Positions 60,216 through 64,000 of a stretch of 64,000 nucleotides of DNA are shown here, piece after piece. The position numbers and the translations under genes are program-made. The DNA is taken from positions 2,176,001-2,240,000 of the forward strand of contig CAXXKT010000001.1 in assembly GCA_963662405.2 (NCBI GenBank). The letters run 5' to 3'. The DNA is from Syntrophales bacterium. Its GTDB lineage: Bacteria; Desulfobacterota; Syntrophia; Syntrophales; UBA2210. Position 1 is the first letter of the stretch; the number at the start of each line of letters is the position of its first letter. The notes under the pieces were generated by a model. That model worked only from the letters and a program-made list of their open reading frames with translations. It did not search any database and had not been told where the DNA came from.

Positions 60216-60495
60216 TCTTCTGTTCCCGCTGGAAGTTTCCTGCCGCATGCGGGGGCTGCATATACCATTTTGCCGTTGCAAGATATTTCCCGGTCTCGAA
60301 AGCGATCTCATTGGTCGCTGACCGGTTAGGTTGCACCCGTCGGTGTGTGCCTTTGTGATGTCAAAGAAAAAAGTCCACGAAAACAAGGGAATATTCCGAT
60401 TGCGGCAAACAAAATAAAGGGAAAACCGGAAGAGTGCAGAATACTTCCATTGAACAAAACAAAATGAAACATCTTACATCAGAAGGAGGAAAATT

Positions 60496-61731
60496 ATGAC
60501 GAGTACATTACCATTACAGGGAGTCAGGGTTCTGGACTTCAGCACATATGCTGCCGCGCCGATCTGCTCCATGACACTGGCGGACTGGGGCGCAGATGTC
60601 GTCAAAATTGAATCGCTTGCGGGCGACATGTTTCGCTTTTTTGGTCTGATCATGATGTGTCCGGTTCAGGAGGACGACAACATTCAGTTTGAAATGGATA
60701 ATCGTAATAAACGGGGACTCTCCCTCAATCTGAAAAAGGATGAAGGAAAAGAAATTATCCAGAGGCTGCTTCAGACGGCGGATGTTATCGTCACGAATTA
60801 CCGCCCCAAGGCACTTCAGAGCCTTGGACTGGACTACGAAACGTTGTCCGGGAAGTATCCTCGCCTGATCTATGCTTATCTGAACGGATACGGGGATGAA
60901 GGACCCGACAAAGACAAACCTGGATTCGATTTATCCGCTTATTTCGCCCGGTCCGGCATTCTGATTGAGATGCCGGAGCCGGGTGATCCACCGCTGTCGG
61001 CTCTGGCGGGATTCGGGGACCACCCGACAGGCACCATCCTGGCCGGAGGCGTCAGCGCCGCCCTCCTGCAGAGAGAAAAAACCGGCAAAGGCTGTAAGGT
61101 GCAATCTTCACTCATCAATACCGCTCTGTGGAATCTGCAACTGAACATCGCCTCAGCCAACAACAACGCCCATCTTTCTGACGAGGAATACAACAAGAGT
61201 AAACCCTCACGGAAGAGACCCCGTTCGGCCCTGATGAATACCTATCAGGCAAAGGACGGCCGGTGGATCACGGTCATGGCCCTGGAACATGATCGCTACT
61301 GGAAGTCCTTTGCTGAAACGGTGCTGCTTCGCTCGGACTTGGTTGATGATCCTCGCTTTAATACCCAGGCGGCGGGATTTCAAAATGCCCAATTATTGGC
61401 GTCCATCATCGAAATCGAGTTCAGAAAATATACCGGGGATGAAATTCTACGGCGGTTGAATGCGGCGGACATCGCTCATGAAATCAATCTCCGCTGGAAA
61501 GAATTAAAAAATGACGCGCAGTGTCTGGAAAATGGTTTCATCATTGAACACCAAATGCCAAGCGGACGCACCGACTGGATCATGGGAAACCCCGTCAGGT
61601 TCAATGGCGAGAAGACATCAATCCGCCGGCAAGCGCCGCGCCTGGGCGAGCACAATGACGAGATCCTCACCGAGCTGGGTTACAGCTCCGAACAGATTAC
61701 AGCCTGGCGAGCCGGCATGATCGTCAAATAA
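60496..61731 (+). CDS. CaiB/BaiF family III CoA-transferase
   Basis: GVRVLD, GADVVKIE, NRNKR, NYRP, GFD, APRLGEH. Confidence 0.92.
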   Translation: MTSTLPLQGVRVLDFSTYAAAPICSMTLADWGADVVKIESLAGDMFRFFGLIMMCPVQEDDNIQFEMDNRNKRGLSLNLKKDEGKEIIQRLLQTADVIVTNYRPKALQSLGLDYETLSGKYPRLIYAYLNGYGDEGPDKDKPGFDLSAYFARSGILIEMPEPGDPPLSALAGFGDHPTGTILAGGVSAALLQREKTGKGCKVQSSLINTALWNLQLNIASANNNAHLSDEEYNKSKPSRKRPRSALMNTYQAKDGRWITVMALEHDRYWKSFAETVLLRSDLVDDPRFNTQAAGFQNAQLLASIIEIEFRKYTGDEILRRLNAADIAHEINLRWKELKNDAQCLENGFIIEHQMPSGRTDWIMGNPVRFNGEKTSIRRQAPRLGEHNDEILTELGYSSEQITAWRAGMIVK

Positions 61732-61964
61732 ACTCTGAAACAAGATCGTACGTTCCACGGGAGCCCTGCATTACGTGAGGCCGGATGGAGCCCCCTGCCC
61801 TTAACAGAAAAGGGGGAATCGCTTGATGAACGCAGCCTCATTATTAGTTTCGCTAAAGTATATTCGGAACAGACAAAAGACATAGATGCATAATGATGAA
61901 AGAATAACACATGCAAACCGTCGGGGGGGTCCGGACCAACCAAACCAAATATTAAGGAGAGATT

Positions 61965-63239
61965 ATGATGAGAGACAACAAGCGATGGACGATTGTATCC
62001 TGGATATTCATTATCAACATGATTGCATACATGGATCGTATCAATCTGGCAGTGGCGGCGCCTGCGGTGATGACCGATTTGGGGATCACGCCATCCCAAA
62101 TGGGAGTTATCATGAGTGCCTTTCTTATCGGGTATGCGGTTTTGAACTTTCTCGGAGGCATTATCGCCGACCGTTTCTCTCCGGCGAAAATGCTGGCCAT
62201 TGTCACTATCTTCTGGTCTCTGATGACGTTTATGACTGGAATCGCCTGGTCTTTCTTCAGCTTTATGATCATCCGGATCATTTTCGGCATGTGTGAAGGG
62301 CCGCTGCCTACCGTCAATACAAAACTGGTCAATAACTGGGTCCTGCCCAATGAGAGGGGCACCGCGTCCAGCCTGTGGCTGGCGGCCATGATGCTGGGAA
62401 CATTTATCGGGGCTCCTTTAAGCAGTGTAATCATATCCAAGTGGGGCTGGCAGTATGTCTTTTACATTTTCTCGGCAGTGGGCCTGATCCTCGGTGTACT
62501 GGCCTTGCGGTTTGTAAAATCCAAGCCGGATGACCATAAGACTATCTCAGATACTGAGCGAAAATTGATTAATGATTCGATCAGCAAGCATCAGGAGAGC
62601 CAGTTGATGGCAAATATAAAACCACAGGGATTGGTTGCAGTATTACGGAACCCGTGGTCCTGGGTCCTGGCGATAGCCTATTCGGCAAGTGCGTTCCTGT
62701 TCTGGGCCAATTTGACTTGGCTTCCGACTTACTTTGTTGAAGCCAGAGGTACTTCTTTGCTCAAGGCCGGTATCTATTCCGGGTTACCCTATTTGCTGGG
62801 CATCTTAGGTCCCATGCTGTTCGGCTATCTTTCGGATAAGCTCAGCGGGGGGTGGCGCGCTCCTTGGAACATCGTAGGTCTGATCATCATCGTGCCGGCC
62901 ACCATTCTGGCGCTCAACGCACCAACCGTCGAGCTTTGCCTCTTGGGATTCTGCATTGCTATTTTTCTTCAGTGGGCCACCATTCCTCTGACGTTTGCCA
63001 TAATCATGGATCTCTTTCCCGCCAATGCCGTGGCTTCCGTAAGCGGTTTGATGGTTATGTGTTCTTCAGTGGCGGGCATCATTGCGCCCATCGTCGTGGG
63101 ATACATATACGAGGCGACGGGTTCTTTCAACATGCCCTATTATTATTTTTTAATCGGTATTGTTATCTCCCTCATCTTAACGATCGCCATGTTTTTCAAG
63201 GAAAGAAATGTGAGGAGAGCAAAAGTAATCGCCAATTAA
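61965..63239 (+). CDS. MFS transporter (anion:cation symporter-like)
   Basis: YMDRINL, G.IADRF, ERG; about 12 TM segments. Confidence 0.92.
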   Translation: MMRDNKRWTIVSWIFIINMIAYMDRINLAVAAPAVMTDLGITPSQMGVIMSAFLIGYAVLNFLGGIIADRFSPAKMLAIVTIFWSLMTFMTGIAWSFFSFMIIRIIFGMCEGPLPTVNTKLVNNWVLPNERGTASSLWLAAMMLGTFIGAPLSSVIISKWGWQYVFYIFSAVGLILGVLALRFVKSKPDDHKTISDTERKLINDSISKHQESQLMANIKPQGLVAVLRNPWSWVLAIAYSASAFLFWANLTWLPTYFVEARGTSLLKAGIYSGLPYLLGILGPMLFGYLSDKLSGGWRAPWNIVGLIIIVPATILALNAPTVELCLLGFCIAIFLQWATIPLTFAIIMDLFPANAVASVSGLMVMCSSVAGIIAPIVVGYIYEATGSFNMPYYYFLIGIVISLILTIAMFFKERNVRRAKVIAN

Positions 63240-63418
63240 GAGAGTTGGTAACGTCGACAAATGATTAAAATTATCCGGAAACGATGGATTCAACATTCCT
63301 TTTTTTAAGACCGGTATAAACGGATGAGGAAGAGGATCGACCATAAATCTTGTTAAGACGGGTATGACCGTGGGACGATCACGTTCGCGGTCATGCTTTC
63401 AACAATAAGACAAGGAGA

Positions 63419-63556
63419 ATGATCATGGACAAAGAATCGGGTGTTTTAATTTCCGGTTGTTCATCGGGAATCGGCCTGGCGCTGGCTCGTGAGCTCGCTT
63501 CGCGAGGTTGCCGGGTATTGGCCACCGCTAAAAAAGATTTTTTCATGTGGTCGTAG
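63419..63556 (+). pseudogene. N-terminal SDR remnant
   Basis: AGGAG RBS; VLISGCSSGIGLALARELASRGCRVLATA then an early stop. Confidence 0.7.
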
Positions 63557-63716
63557 ACAGAATGCCATGGATTTACTCGTAGATGAATGAGCCCGGCGGC
63601 GGTGCAATGCAAAGATGGTAAATCTCTACCCCCCCCATCAGTGTTTACCGTTTCTGCTGCTGTGGGAAGGCGATATCCACATGCCGCCGCCGGGTCCTGA
63701 ATCTTGGCATGTGTGG

Positions 63717-64000
63717 TTACCCGTAAGTTAATGCCTGGCTGTACCGCATCAGTTCCTCGATTCCGGCATGCCAGATGCCGCCATTGAAGGAGATTCCGAA
63801 GTTCCTGCAGGGACTTGGTCTCCGATCGTATATCGCACAGTGGACCGCCTGTCCGACTTCCCCTTCGAGGGCGATGCACTGGGAGTGGCTCCGGTTCGTC
63901 CTCTTCATACAGAGCCGCAGTTCCCTCAGGTGGTCCGTCAGTTCGGGGGGAACCACCCCGCCGCTCTCCTCGTCCCCCTCACGCCAGTAAAAAGAGCCCC
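63717..64000 (-). CDS. YkgJ/CxxCxxCC family cysteine-cluster protein, 5'-truncated by the window edge
   Basis: FYW.E...CM..TN....CIAL.GEVG..V.CAIY..RPSPCR.F. Confidence 0.72.
   Translation of the reverse strand, partial: GSFYWREGDEESGGVVPPELTDHLRELRLCMKRTNRSHSQCIALEGEVGQAVHCAIYDRRPSPCRNFGISFNGGIWHAGIEELMRYSQALTYG

Overview
Window from a GC-rich anaerobic bacterium; gene content suggests a Deltaproteobacteria/Desulfobacterota (Syntrophales-like) host, which is an inference. Left part: 3' end of a class III RNR (nrdD), an attenuator-controlled ilvBNCD operon, a lower-GC GntR/TRAP carboxylate-catabolism island (~7.9-20.8 kb), a PAS kinase, pilT/pilU, coaE, rmlB, a gpsA-like gene and a polar amino-acid ABC transporter. 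The centre (35.9-54.8 kb) is a sedentary chromosomal integron. Its integrase is co-oriented with the array, with attI downstream of intI. It carries about 17 gene cassettes (FRG, HNH, HEPN-like, PD-(D/E)xK-like, SMR, GNATs, three TA pairs, a serpin-like lipoprotein and others) and three IS elements (IS3, IS110, IS1595). Most notable: (i) a 140-bp gene-less, highly structured mini-cassette found six times plus one decayed copy, generally more diverged away from attI and usually just upstream of a putative toxic/defence cassette; (ii) an IS110 element inserted at a Shine-Dalgarno AGGAG core whose 5' non-coding end has bridge-RNA-like target and donor loops readable in the sequence. Right part: a sigma54-regulated acyl-CoA catabolism cluster with gene remnants. 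All product calls come from motif recognition by eye, not database searches.
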